Origin: Candidatus Moanibacter sp.
GTDB lineage: Bacteria > Verrucomicrobiota > Verrucomicrobiia > Opitutales > UBA2987
Direction: 5' to 3'
Assembly: GCA_965215885.1 (NCBI GenBank)
Contig: CBDCEW010000097.1
Location: 32,001-96,000, forward strand
DNA: 64,000 bases
Shown here one piece after another: positions 51,165 through 61,829 of the stretch; the first letter of the stretch is position 1; each line of letters starts with the position of its first letter. Position numbers and translations under genes: made by a program. A model generated the notes under the pieces. That model saw only the letters and a program-made list of their open reading frames with translations. It had not been told where the DNA came from and searched no databases.

Positions 51165-52502
51165 ATGGACACAGTAAAAAAACATGATACTTGCTCGAAC
51201 CGCAGGCCTCGGCGCCGCTATCGGGCTCCCTCTATCGCTTCTATCTTGATTTTGGTATCAGGGTTGCCCACGGAAGCAGAGCGCTCACCCTCCTTTTTCG
51301 AAGAGACGATCGAACTTCCAACCGAACCGTCTTTAAAGGATTACATTGCCTACGGCACCCATCGCAATGCGAGGCTACAAGCAACCTATCTCGAGTACTC
51401 GGCCGCGTCCCAGCGCATCATTCAAGCAAAGGCGCTACCCGACCCGGTAATGCGCATAACTCACTTCATCGAGGCTATTCAAACCAGGACCGGTCCACAG
51501 GAAAATCAATTCTCGCTCACTCAGACGATTCCCTTGTTTGGTAAGCTTCACACAAGAGTATCCATCGCCAGTGAAGAGGCGAAGTCATTCTGGTGGCGCT
51601 TTGCCGAAGAAAAGCTCCAGCTTATCCGGCAAATTGAGACGCTCTATTACGAGTACGCATATCTTGGAAAGGCAATAACGATCAATCGCAAAAGCCTCGA
51701 GTTGCTTCAAACGATCGAACCAATCGTCGAAGAGCGTCTACGCACCGGGGGCGACCTTAACTCCCTCCTGCGCCTGCAGGTGGAAATCGGAAGGACGGAC
51801 GACGCGCTCCGATTGTTGGAGAAGGATGGACCCGTTCTGAAGGTTGAGTTTAACGTTCTTCTCAATCGCGATATGGAAGCCCCTCTTCCCTGGCCTAAGA
51901 TGGCCGAAGATATATCAAATACTGCACTACCATACGCCACCTGGTTAAAAGTAAGAGAGAGGAACCCAAAGCTCGTTAATCTTCGGCATCGACGTGAAGC
52001 CGGCGACTTTGGCACCAAACTCGCACGCCTGCAGAGATTTCCCGATCTCACCCTTGGGTTCAATTACCTTCAAACGGGAAGCTCTTTCATTCCAGGAACA
52101 CGAAATAGTGGAGAAGATCCATTGGGTTTCACCTTCGCTTTTAACCTCCCTCTCTGGAGGGGAAAATACAGGGCTGCCGAACTGGAGGCAAGAAACTCCT
52201 CAGACGCAACCGCATCGCTCCTCCAAGACACCGAAAACCAACTCTATGCCGACTACAAAGATATCGTGGAGAGCCTGACTAATAACGCGAGGCGAATCTC
52301 TCTCTACGGCCAGGATCTCCTTCCCAAAGCTCACCAAGCCCTGGAATTGACGGGCGCGGATTACCGCTCCGGCCGAGCCACCTTACTGGAGTATATCGAC
52401 AGCCAACGGTCTCTTCTCGATTTGGAACTGATCTATTGGCGCGTCATGACCGATTACCGTGTCAATTACGCAAGACTCAAAGCGCTCTATACGGAGGACT
52501 AA
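51165..52502 (+). CDS. TolC/CusC-family outer-membrane efflux protein
   Basis: ALPDP, Q.IPLFGKL, FPDLTLG, NLPLWRGK and Y.SG....LE.ID.QR. Confidence 0.88.
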   Translation: MDTVKKHDTCSNRRPRRRYRAPSIASILILVSGLPTEAERSPSFFEETIELPTEPSLKDYIAYGTHRNARLQATYLEYSAASQRIIQAKALPDPVMRITHFIEAIQTRTGPQENQFSLTQTIPLFGKLHTRVSIASEEAKSFWWRFAEEKLQLIRQIETLYYEYAYLGKAITINRKSLELLQTIEPIVEERLRTGGDLNSLLRLQVEIGRTDDALRLLEKDGPVLKVEFNVLLNRDMEAPLPWPKMAEDISNTALPYATWLKVRERNPKLVNLRHRREAGDFGTKLARLQRFPDLTLGFNYLQTGSSFIPGTRNSGEDPLGFTFAFNLPLWRGKYRAAELEARNSSDATASLLQDTENQLYADYKDIVESLTNNARRISLYGQDLLPKAHQALELTGADYRSGRATLLEYIDSQRSLLDLELIYWRVMTDYRVNYARLKALYTED

Positions 52503-52504
52503 CG

Positions 52505-54514
52505 ATGAAGAAAGCGAATTGGACATTACCCAATCTTAGAAAGAGTAAGTATATTCTCCCAGTCGCCGCAGTTATTCTACTGATAATCGGTATATTCATT
52601 GGCTCGCGATTCCCATCCAGTCGATCTCTTCACAAGGAATACGGACGCTCTCATGAGCCGGGCGAATCCGGAGGGCACGCCGCCGAGACCCTCTACACCT
52701 GCTCGATGCACCCTCAGATTCAAGCATCGGAACCGGGTAAGTGTCCGATCTGCGGTATGGAACTCATCCCGGTGACTCACAGAACACGCCCAATCGAAGA
52801 GGGGCCGCCTGTGCTCACCCTCTCTCAAACGGCGAAGAGGTTAGCCAGAATCGAAACTGCTCCAGTGGAAAGGCGTTTCCTGCAGGCGGAAATCCGAATG
52901 GTCGGAAAGATTGAATACGATGAAACGAAATTACGCACCATTACCGCCTGGTTTCCTGCCCGCATCGACCTGCTCTATGTCGACTTCACCGGTATTGAAG
53001 TCCGCCGGGGCGATCATTTGGCCAGAGTTTACAGCCCGGAGCTGGTCACAGCTCAAAGCGAATTGCTTACAACCTTGAGATTTCCCAACAACACTGCGGC
53101 GATTGAAGGAGCCCGTGAGAAACTTCGTTTATGGGGTCTGTCCGCTGAGCAAGTAAAGGCTATCGAAGAACGCGCAGAACCCTCCGATCTGGTCGAGATC
53201 AACGCACCCATAGGCGGCATCGTTATTCACAAGAATGTAAATGAAGGTGAATATGTCGATACCGGCTCGGCCCTTTTCAAGATTGCCGATCTGAGTAACG
53301 TGTGGGTCTTTCTCGATGCTTACGAAAGAGACCTGCCGTGGATTCGGTACGGACAGAAAGTCGTATTTCGAACGGAGGCATATCCGGGGGAGAAATTCGA
53401 AGGAAACGTTGTATTCATCAATCCTACCGTCGATTCCAAAACGCGAACAATCAAAGTGCGGGTGAATCTGCCCAATCCGGATCGGAAGCTCAAACCGGGA
53501 ATGTTTGTTCGAGGGGTCATCTTCTCCGAGATTGCGGAAAGCGGGAAAGCGATCACGCCCGATCTGGCGGGCAAATGGGTCGGTCCCATGCACCCCGAGA
53601 TTATCCGGGAGCAGCCCGGAAAATGCGACATCTGTGGAATGGACCTGCTCCGTGCGGAAGATCTCGGTTACGTGCCCGCCGTGAGGGAGTCTCCACCGTT
53701 AGTCGTTTCCGCCAGCGCCGTCCTCAAGACCGGTAAACGCGCCGTCGTCTATGTCGAGTTACCCGATCGGGACGATCCCACCTATGAGGGCCGCGAGATC
53801 GAATTGGGGCCGCGAGCCGGTGACGCCTACATAGTTGTGGCCGGGCTTGAGGAAGGGGAACGCGTCGTTGTCAACGGAAATTTCAAGATCGACAGCGCAC
53901 TGCAAATTCAGGCTAAGCCGAGCATGATGAATCCTGAGGCGGTCAGGCCGCCGGCTGGACATGATCGTCACGAAACGGAAACTCTGTCGGCCCCGAAAGG
54001 CGCGGCGCAAGACGACCGGTTCATCAGAGAGCGAAAGTCCAAAGACCGAGAGCGGCTCGATGAGCTGCTTGAAGCCTATTTCAAAATTCAAAAAGCGCTC
54101 GCTTCGGATGATCTCGACGAAGCCCGAAATCGGACGAACGACATTTCACGTCTCCTGGGCCGGAGAGAAGACGGGACTTCGACATCTACCGTTGGATATT
54201 ACGGGGAGGAGATCCGAGAGACACTTGAACCTTCTCTCCAGGAGTTTCGGGGGGCAACCGACCTCGGAGTCGCTCGAAGCGCTTTTGGTGCGATTTCTCT
54301 AAATCTGAAGGAACGGGTAGAGCGATCCGGAGAAGCCGGCCGCTTTGATGTGTATCTTATGCACTGTCCAATGGCGCTGCAAGGTGCTGGGGCGGAATGG
54401 CTCCAGCAATATCAGGAAGTGGAGAATCCTTACTTGGGACTTGCCATACATGGCTGTGGCAGCTCCAGGGGAAAATTGACTTCCGCTCAAAACCCAATCC
54501 AAGCGGAATTATAG
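52505..54514 (+). CDS. cusB: CusB-like RND adaptor with heavy-metal-binding domains and DUF3347-like C-terminus
   Basis: YTCSMHPQI..PGKCPICGM, PMHPEI..PGKCDICGM, YSPEL..AQ.E, LKPGMF and CPMA...W...NPY.G. Confidence 0.88.
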   Translation: MKKANWTLPNLRKSKYILPVAAVILLIIGIFIGSRFPSSRSLHKEYGRSHEPGESGGHAAETLYTCSMHPQIQASEPGKCPICGMELIPVTHRTRPIEEGPPVLTLSQTAKRLARIETAPVERRFLQAEIRMVGKIEYDETKLRTITAWFPARIDLLYVDFTGIEVRRGDHLARVYSPELVTAQSELLTTLRFPNNTAAIEGAREKLRLWGLSAEQVKAIEERAEPSDLVEINAPIGGIVIHKNVNEGEYVDTGSALFKIADLSNVWVFLDAYERDLPWIRYGQKVVFRTEAYPGEKFEGNVVFINPTVDSKTRTIKVRVNLPNPDRKLKPGMFVRGVIFSEIAESGKAITPDLAGKWVGPMHPEIIREQPGKCDICGMDLLRAEDLGYVPAVRESPPLVVSASAVLKTGKRAVVYVELPDRDDPTYEGREIELGPRAGDAYIVVAGLEEGERVVVNGNFKIDSALQIQAKPSMMNPEAVRPPAGHDRHETETLSAPKGAAQDDRFIRERKSKDRERLDELLEAYFKIQKALASDDLDEARNRTNDISRLLGRREDGTSTSTVGYYGEEIRETLEPSLQEFRGATDLGVARSAFGAISLNLKERVERSGEAGRFDVYLMHCPMALQGAGAEWLQQYQEVENPYLGLAIHGCGSSRGKLTSAQNPIQAEL

Positions 54515-54565
54515 GAACCGGCGGGAGGACGTCTGTTTTCGGTTATAGGAAAAGAAGATAGATAC

Positions 54566-54751
54566 ATGGAGAAAATCAGATCAATTAGGGACTTAAGAGT
54601 ATATCAGAAATTGAGGGCGCTTCATCTGCAAGTGCACACGGAAAGTCTGACGTTTCCAAAGTTTGAGCTCTACGAACTCGGTTCACAGGTAAGACGCTCA
54701 TCGAATCATGAACGAGCCGAATTGAAGAGCAACCGACAACCGATAACCTAA
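54566..54751 (+). pseudogene. Truncated four-helix-bundle (23S IVS/bAvd-like) protein
   Basis: I.S.RDL.VYQK...FPKFELYELGSQVRRSSN, after which similarity is lost. Confidence 0.8.
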
Positions 54752-54841
54752 AACCTGCAACCTGAAGAGTAACACCCAAGACCGACAACCCAGAACTGAA
54801 AGGCCATGGCCGACCACCGAACACCAAACACCGAACACCCT
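54730..54841 (+). repeat. Heptamer tandem array after the four-helix-bundle remnant, running into the cusA 5' end
   Basis: aaccgac aaccgat aacctaa aacctgc aacctga ... caccgaa caccaaa caccgaa. Confidence 0.8.
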
Positions 54842-57800
54842 GATGCGGAGTCCCCCCTCGCCGATTCGAGCAAAACTCCGGGCGCCGATTCGTCGCCCTC
54901 CCTCCTCGCCCACTACATCCTGTTCTGTCTCAAGAACAAGCTTGTCGTCTTCCTGGTAGCGCTCTTTCTCATCACGTGGGGAATCCTTGTAGCGCCGTTT
55001 GATTGGGAGATTCCGGGTCTGCCGCGCGATCCGGTACCAGTGGATGCTATTCCCGATATCGGAGAAAATCAGCAGATCGTGTTTACCCGATGGCAGGGAC
55101 GCTCGCCACAGGACATCGAAGATCAAATCTCCTATCCGCTCACCGTTGCGCTCCTCGGACTGCCGGAGGTACAGACCATACGAACTTTCTCCTATTTCGG
55201 ATTTTCCAGTATTTATATCATCTTTAAGGAAAGAGCGGATTACTACTGGACGCGAAGCCGCATCGTAGAGAAATTGAACAGCCTGCCGGCGGGCACCTTA
55301 CCCGAAGGCGTTCAACCCACCCTCGGTCCCGATGCCACAGCGCTCGGTCAGGTTTTCTGGTATACGATCGAGGGGCGCGACTCTTCCGGCAATCCTATCG
55401 GAGGCTGGGACCCCCAGGAATTGCGCAGCGTCCAGGACTGGTATGTCCGTTATGCACTACAGGGAGTCGAAGGCGTCGCTGAGGTGGCATCGATCGGCGG
55501 TTTTGAAAAAGAGTACCAGGTCGACGTCGATCCTGACGCAATGCGGGCTTATGAAGTGACGCTGGAAGACGTCTTTAAAGCGGTTCAAAATTCCAATATC
55601 GACGTAGGAGCACGCACCATCGAACTGAACAGGGTGGAATATGTCATCCGTGGTCTCGGATTTCTGACGAGTCTTGACGATCTCCGCAATACAGTGGTGA
55701 AGGTGACCGAAAACGTACCGATTACTCTCGGTCAGATCTCCACCATTCATTTCGGCCCCGCCCTTCGCCGCGGCGTTCTCGATAAGGAGGGCACGGAGGC
55801 GGTAGGAGGAGTTGTCGTTAGCCGATACGGTGACAATCCCCTGGCCGTCATAAAAAGGGTTCAAGCCAAAATCAAAGAGATCGAACCCGGTCTTCCGGAA
55901 AAGGTCCATCCTGACGGCACCCGCTCTAAGTTGAGCATCGTTCCTTTCTATGACCGCACCGGTCTCATCTACGAAACGCTCGGGACTCTCGAAAAAGCCC
56001 TCTATGAAGAAATCCTCGTCTCCATCATTGTAATCGCGGTTCTCGTTCTGCACCTTCGGAGTTCGCTCCTTATCTCATCCATTCTTCCTCTGGCAGTGCT
56101 CCTGACATTTATCGGGATGAAAGTTTTTGGAGTGGATGCCAATATCGTCGCACTCTCCGGAATCGCCATCGCCATTGGCACAATCGTCGATATGGGGATA
56201 GTCATCTGTGAAAACGTCCTCAAACACCTCGAAAATGCCGGTCCCGGCGAGGATCGGCTCAGCATCGTATATCGGGCAACGACTGAGGTTGGGGGCGCTG
56301 TCCTTACCGCGGTGCTCACTACCGTTGTCAGTTTTCTACCCGTCTTTACGATGGAATCGGCCGAAGGAAAGCTGTTTCGGCCTCTCGCTTACACTAAGAC
56401 TTTTGCCCTCGTCGCTTCCATCGTAGTAGCGCTGTCTCTCTTACCGCCCCTTTTACATCTTATTTTTGACACTCGGATACGTAGCGATCGATTGCGAAAG
56501 GGCCTGTTTCTGGTCGTCATTTTAGTGGGAGTTGCCCTTCCCTTCCTCTTCGAATTTGTGTCTTTCTGGGTAGGAGGATTTCTCGCTGCCATAGGGCTCT
56601 TCCAACTCTTCCGAGACGGACTTCCGGAGTCCTCCCGGCGATGGGGCACTCTTGTGTTCAATTTTGTTTTCGCAATCATCCTTGCATGCTTTCTCGCCCA
56701 CGACTGGTTGCCCCTCGGTCCCGAGAAAGGTCGGCTCAACGCCATCTTCGTCATCGCCGTAATTGGGGGCTTGCTCGGGCTGATCTACCTCTTTCTTCGC
56801 TCCTATGCATCCATCCTTCACTTGTGCCTCTGGCATAAGAAGCTATTCCTTTCTATCATCGCACTCATTCTGATACTTGGGGCGAATGCATGGATCGGTT
56901 TTGAATCCACTTTTCAGTTTCTCCCCCGGTTTCTGCAATCAAATCCAGTCTGGACCAGCCTGGAGCGCACATTTCCGGGACTGGGCAAAGAGTTCATGCC
57001 GCCTCTGGATGAAGGTTCCTACCTCTTCATGCCGACAACCATGCCGCATGCATCCATTGGCGAGGCCCTCGATGTGCTTCAAATCCAGGACAAGGCTATC
57101 AGCGCCATTCCCGAAGTAGATACCGTGGTCGGGAAAATAGGTCGCGTTGAGAGTCCGCTCGATCCGGCCCCGATCTCCATGGTCGAGACCATCATCAGCT
57201 ACAAACCTGAGTACATCGTTGACGCAAGTGGCCGGCAAATGCGATTTCGATATGACCGTCGCTCCGGTGAATTTGCGCGGGACGAAGGAGATAACCTCAT
57301 CCCCGACAAAAGAGGCAGGCCATACCGTCAATGGCGCGATCACATTCAGGAACCGGATGATATCTGGAAAGAGATTGTTGAAGCCGGAAGGGTCCTCGGC
57401 TCTACTTCGGCTCCCAAACTGCAGCCTATCGCCGCGCGCCTCGTCATGCTCCAAAGTGGAATGCGCGCTCCCATGGGTCTCAAAGTCTATGGCCCGACTT
57501 TCGAGACCATAGAATCGGTTGGTCTCGACCTCGAACGCTTACTCAAAGAAGTCCCCTCCATTAGTCCCGATTCGGTCTTCGCCGATCGAATCGTAGGGAA
57601 ACCTTATCTTGAAATAGATATTAATCGTAGTGCCCTGGCCCGCTACGGAATGAGCATTCGACAGGTTCAGGACGTAATTGAGATCGCCATCGGCGGACGA
57701 AAGATCACTTCAACGGTCGAGGGCCGCGAACGCTATTCCGTGCGGGTGCGCTACCTTCGAGAGTTGCGTGGCGACATCGAGAGCATTGAGAAAATTCTTG

Positions 57801-58654
57801 TGCCCGCCGCCGACGGTTCCCAGATTCCGCTCGGCCAGCTGGCAACTATTCTCTACGAGAGGGGGCCCCAAATGATCAAAAGTGAGGATACCTTTCTCGT
57901 CGGCTACGTTATCTTTGATAAGCGGGCAGAATATGCCGAGGTCGACGTCGTTGAGGAGGCCGCCGCCTATCTCCAGGAATCACTGGAGAGCGGCAGGCTC
58001 ATCATTCCGCCCGGGGTGAGCTACAATTTTACCGGGTCCTATGAAAATCAAATTCGCGCGGAACAAAAACTTCGGCTCATTCTCCCACTGGCCCTTTTCG
58101 CCATCTTTCTCATCATCTATTTCCAGTTCAAATCCGTCTCTACCACCCTCCTCGTCTTTTCCGGAATTCTCGTCGCGTGGTCGGGTGGCTTTATCATGCT
58201 CTGGCTCTACGGCCAGAGTTGGTTCCTCAATTTCAGCCTCTTCCAGACAAACCTCCGCGAGCTCTTCCAGATCCAACCCGTCAACCTCAGTGTCGCTGTC
58301 TGGGTCGGCTTCCTCGCCCTCTTCGGCATCGCTACCGACGACGGTGTGATCATGGCAACTTATCTCCGCCAGGTTTTTCGCAGTGAATCGCCCACTACCG
58401 TCGCCGCTATCCGAAACGCCACCATCCTCGCGGGACGAAAGCGCATTCGCCCCGCCATGATGACAACCGCAACCACCATTCTCGCCCTCCTCCCCGTCCT
58501 CACCTCCACCGGGCGCGGCGCCGATGTCATGGTCCCATTGGCCATTCCCACCTTCGGGGGTATGACCCTCGCCATCCTCACCGTCTTCGTCGTCCCGGTA
58601 TCATACTGCGGACTGGCCGAACTGCGGCTGAAGTTTAAGAGGGATCAGACTTGA
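54806..58654 (+). CDS. cusA: CusA-family heavy-metal RND transporter (Cu/Ag type)
   Basis: DAIPDIGENQ, LGPDATALGQV; Met triad equivalents in YLFMPTTMP, PISMVET and RLVMLQSG. Confidence 0.94.
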   Translation: MADHRTPNTEHPDAESPLADSSKTPGADSSPSLLAHYILFCLKNKLVVFLVALFLITWGILVAPFDWEIPGLPRDPVPVDAIPDIGENQQIVFTRWQGRSPQDIEDQISYPLTVALLGLPEVQTIRTFSYFGFSSIYIIFKERADYYWTRSRIVEKLNSLPAGTLPEGVQPTLGPDATALGQVFWYTIEGRDSSGNPIGGWDPQELRSVQDWYVRYALQGVEGVAEVASIGGFEKEYQVDVDPDAMRAYEVTLEDVFKAVQNSNIDVGARTIELNRVEYVIRGLGFLTSLDDLRNTVVKVTENVPITLGQISTIHFGPALRRGVLDKEGTEAVGGVVVSRYGDNPLAVIKRVQAKIKEIEPGLPEKVHPDGTRSKLSIVPFYDRTGLIYETLGTLEKALYEEILVSIIVIAVLVLHLRSSLLISSILPLAVLLTFIGMKVFGVDANIVALSGIAIAIGTIVDMGIVICENVLKHLENAGPGEDRLSIVYRATTEVGGAVLTAVLTTVVSFLPVFTMESAEGKLFRPLAYTKTFALVASIVVALSLLPPLLHLIFDTRIRSDRLRKGLFLVVILVGVALPFLFEFVSFWVGGFLAAIGLFQLFRDGLPESSRRWGTLVFNFVFAIILACFLAHDWLPLGPEKGRLNAIFVIAVIGGLLGLIYLFLRSYASILHLCLWHKKLFLSIIALILILGANAWIGFESTFQFLPRFLQSNPVWTSLERTFPGLGKEFMPPLDEGSYLFMPTTMPHASIGEALDVLQIQDKAISAIPEVDTVVGKIGRVESPLDPAPISMVETIISYKPEYIVDASGRQMRFRYDRRSGEFARDEGDNLIPDKRGRPYRQWRDHIQEPDDIWKEIVEAGRVLGSTSAPKLQPIAARLVMLQSGMRAPMGLKVYGPTFETIESVGLDLERLLKEVPSISPDSVFADRIVGKPYLEIDINRSALARYGMSIRQVQDVIEIAIGGRKITSTVEGRERYSVRVRYLRELRGDIESIEKILVPAADGSQIPLGQLATILYERGPQMIKSEDTFLVGYVIFDKRAEYAEVDVVEEAAAYLQESLESGRLIIPPGVSYNFTGSYENQIRAEQKLRLILPLALFAIFLIIYFQFKSVSTTLLVFSGILVAWSGGFIMLWLYGQSWFLNFSLFQTNLRELFQIQPVNLSVAVWVGFLALFGIATDDGVIMATYLRQVFRSESPTTVAAIRNATILAGRKRIRPAMMTTATTILALLPVLTSTGRGADVMVPLAIPTFGGMTLAILTVFVVPVSYCGLAELRLKFKRDQT

Positions 58655-58667
58655 ATGGCGCTAACTT

Positions 58668-60592
58668 GACCTTATCCGAAAAGCTACTGATTGGCCGCAA
58701 AAGGCGCAAAAGGCGCAAAAGGCGCAAGAAAAACTTGAGAAAAATCATTTTCTGGCTTGATAAAAAGTGTCGCAACATGCTAGTGTTTAACAACCTAAGA
58801 TTAAGAAAGGAGTTAAACATGCCAACATGTGCGACAGAGGAGAACAAAAGCGATAAGACGCCCCTTAGCAACCTCATTCTGCCGGTTCCAGACACGGATT
58901 TCCGTGATTTTCTGGATGAAGTTGAAGAAGTGGCCGGGTTCGCGGCGCAAATCATCGAGGCGATCGAGAAGGATCTGGACGCCCATGCGCGTGAGAAGAC
59001 GAAACTTCGATTGGAAGATCGAAGGTTCTTTGAAGGGCGCACAGCGGAGCTGCCGGAGCTGGACATCGAGGAGGAGAATATTCTGGCTGCTGAATTGAAT
59101 CTTGGGGCAGGCCGGCCGCGGATGCCGGCTTATGCGGTATACGTGTTCGTGATGCTTCGAGGGTTTCTGGGTTCGTTGACCACGAAACCGGCACGGCGGT
59201 TTGTGCGCGAGTCGATGAGCTTGTACGGATTTTTGCAGAGCGGGGGACTGAGAATGCCGGGGGTGACGACGATTCTGGAGAACGTGAACCTGGTCAGCCA
59301 TACGACCCGCGAGTTGATCTTTGATAAACAGATTGGGTTTATCCTCCAGGAGCAATGGGACGATTTCGGGAAGCTGACGATCGACAGCACCTCGGTGAAA
59401 GCAAACAGCTGCTGGCCCACCGAGGGGAAGATTCTGAGCGGTCTTTTGATGCGGGCCAATCGTTTGGGTCAGAAGTTGCATGTCTTCGGGCTGGAGGATT
59501 TTCGCAAGGGATGGGTTGGGCGTTGGCTGGAGGAAATGGACAAGCTGGAGTTTCAGATTTGTCTGGCCGCGGGCAAACCGAAGTCGAAGGGCAAGCTGAA
59601 GAAACACTACCGGCGGTTGCTCAAGCGGGGCCGCAAGGCGGCCGACTCACTAACGGGGGAACTGAGCCATCTTGAAGAGGGCCTGTCGATGGATTCACTG
59701 CCTCCCACTCGCCGGGAGCTTCTGGAGCGGGCATTGAGCCAGATCAGGGGCGATATTGCCGACGCCAAGCGGGTTGTTGAGTATGCTCATGATCGGGTGT
59801 TTCACGAAAAGAAGCTACCGTCCACACAGAAGGTCCTGAGCCTCTCGGACGGATCGGCGGCCTACATCAAGAAGGGCAGCCGCAATCCAGTGATCGGGTA
59901 CAAGCCACAACTGGTTCGCAGCGAAAACGGTTTTGTCACCAGCCTGATCGTACCGCAAGGCAACGCGGCAGACTCCATTGAGCTGGCGCCGGCCATCGGC
60001 GATTCGATCAAGCGCACCGGTGTCATTGCTGAACTGGTCAGCACCGATGACGGATATGCTTCGGCGAAGGGACGCAAGGAGGTGCTGAGCATGGGGGTAA
60101 AGCAGATCAGTATCAGTGGGGCGAAGGGCAAGAAGTTGACCACCCCCGAGGACTGGGAGAGCGAGGCGTATCGCGAGGCACGCCGCGATCGCTCCGCAGT
60201 GGAGTCGCTGATGTTCACGATTAAAGATGGATTTGCCTTTGGCGAACTCGGCCGCCGCGGCATCGATGCGGTAGGCGATGAACTGCTCGAGAAGGTTCTG
60301 GCCTACAACTTCTGCCGCATCATACTGATGAAGAAACGCCGAGGGGAGGAACTGGAACAGGCAGCCTGAATCTGACCGCTTTGAAGCTCAGAGAAAAAAG
60401 CACCACGGGATGAGTATGCCTCCAGACAGCGGCAAATATACGTATTGTGCAGCAAGCCACGCCGATGGCCGCTCAATACCTGCTCATCGGCAGCGCCGGC
60501 AGCCTAAAACCCGAAACCTGCCAGCCATAGGCTGGTCCGCCCGTGGCGGAGAACCTTAAACCGCCCGCTCGAAAGGCTTTTCGAATGGGGTC
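58668..60592 (+). mobile_element. DDE insertion sequence, copy 2
   Basis: Same IRs as copy 1; differs by a few SNPs, an extra aaaaggcgc unit and 5 extra nt near the right IR. Confidence 0.92.
58819..60369 (+). CDS. DDE transposase, copy 2
   Basis: Near-identical to 29965-31515. Confidence 0.88.
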   Translation: MPTCATEENKSDKTPLSNLILPVPDTDFRDFLDEVEEVAGFAAQIIEAIEKDLDAHAREKTKLRLEDRRFFEGRTAELPELDIEEENILAAELNLGAGRPRMPAYAVYVFVMLRGFLGSLTTKPARRFVRESMSLYGFLQSGGLRMPGVTTILENVNLVSHTTRELIFDKQIGFILQEQWDDFGKLTIDSTSVKANSCWPTEGKILSGLLMRANRLGQKLHVFGLEDFRKGWVGRWLEEMDKLEFQICLAAGKPKSKGKLKKHYRRLLKRGRKAADSLTGELSHLEEGLSMDSLPPTRRELLERALSQIRGDIADAKRVVEYAHDRVFHEKKLPSTQKVLSLSDGSAAYIKKGSRNPVIGYKPQLVRSENGFVTSLIVPQGNAADSIELAPAIGDSIKRTGVIAELVSTDDGYASAKGRKEVLSMGVKQISISGAKGKKLTTPEDWESEAYREARRDRSAVESLMFTIKDGFAFGELGRRGIDAVGDELLEKVLAYNFCRIILMKKRRGEELEQAA

Positions 60593-60900
60593 GAGCTAGT
60601 TTTAGGCAGTATCGATAATCTGCCCCAAAAGCTTGCCCAGGCTGCACAGAAAGCACCCCCCTTCAGTCACTGGCGGGCGAACAGAAAAACCCTCGCCGTG
60701 GGTCGATTGCCCAAAAAGCTCCTGCGAAAAGAAAACTTCCTTGAGGAACTCTTCGAAGTCTGTAATCGCCAGGATCAATCCTTAAACCCGCAACCCCATC
60801 GGATTGCCTCCTGACAACGACTCCAGTGCCCTCCCTCTGCTCCCCATTTTCTTCATGCTCTAACTAGAGAACTCCACGCAATTTGCGTGCCAACCGAAAT

Positions 60901-61434
60901 TCAGAACGATGGCGCAAGACTCGGGGGAGCCTGTAGCGAGAAAAAGCTCCAGATGCCCACAATCGTGATGACAGTTACGGTACAGGCAATCATGACACCG
61001 TTCGCGTTGAAAAGAGCCGCATCAAAGGGTGTACTGAAGTTGAAATGTGAAGGTACACCGCGCCACTGCTGTATTGAAACCCAGCACACCTCCATGAAGT
61101 TGGCAACGCCGAGTGTGCCCAGCAGTAGCCAACCCCTGACGCGCTTCCTAGGCAGAAAGGTCGTGAACCATGCGACAGACAATGCCGTCAACCCAAATGC
61201 TTCACCGAAAAGGATTGGCTTGCGCCAGGAGACATCCCCTTTCAAAGAGCCACCCGTAACAACGAGCACGCCTGCGTGAAACACTGCGCTGAGGATCAAG
61301 AAGGCCCCAATAATATAGGCGAATTTCTGGTAGCCCTCCGCTTCAGTCCAGTAGCGCCTCAACGTGGTCAGCATGGCGCGGATCAGCATGCCCAGATTAT
61401 TGGCGCCCCTTTGTGGCACAACCAGTTCGGACAT
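60901..61434 (-). CDS. Hypothetical membrane protein, possibly 3'-truncated
   Basis: Four hydrophobic segments; GDVSWRKPILFG and QQWRGVPSHFN. Confidence 0.65.
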   Translation of the reverse strand: MSELVVPQRGANNLGMLIRAMLTTLRRYWTEAEGYQKFAYIIGAFLILSAVFHAGVLVVTGGSLKGDVSWRKPILFGEAFGLTALSVAWFTTFLPRKRVRGWLLLGTLGVANFMEVCWVSIQQWRGVPSHFNFSTPFDAALFNANGVMIACTVTVITIVGIWSFFSLQAPPSLAPSF

Positions 61435-61829
61435 TCTTTGAATCCTCCTTTTCTGTTTCTTCAGCCGTCGCTCTTTCTCGCCTGTCTATTCGCCCCCTGA
61501 ATCGTTGAGTACGGGCGGGATTACAATTGAATTCACACGCGGAACTATGGCCAGCCACATTTCCCGATGTCTTTTTTTAGTGTGGCGGATGAGTTCTCCG
61601 CTCGAATGGCATGCAAGAAATTCCCTGTAGTCATAACCTCCACCTTAGAGAAAGTGGGGATGAGACTTGTGGGTAGCAATTGCGCGAACACTCACATCGA
61701 TGTCACACGTAGAGACCTTGACTTGCTGGTTTTCCTCTGGTCATGATCGCGCGAGCGGTCTTCCGCAAGCGGGTTTAGATTGAGCTTTGAGCCCTGCAGT
61801 GTGGGTGAGCGTTTGCACCGGTTGGGGTC

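Noticed and set aside
54566..54751. Diversity-generating retroelement (Avd homologue)
   Set aside because: No reverse transcriptase and no TR/VR pair with adenine-specific mismatches was seen.
29822..60592. Composite transposon bounded by the two IS copies
   Set aside because: Outer flanks differ (gggctaggat versus gagctagttt) and the interval contains core genes (aroE, yggS).
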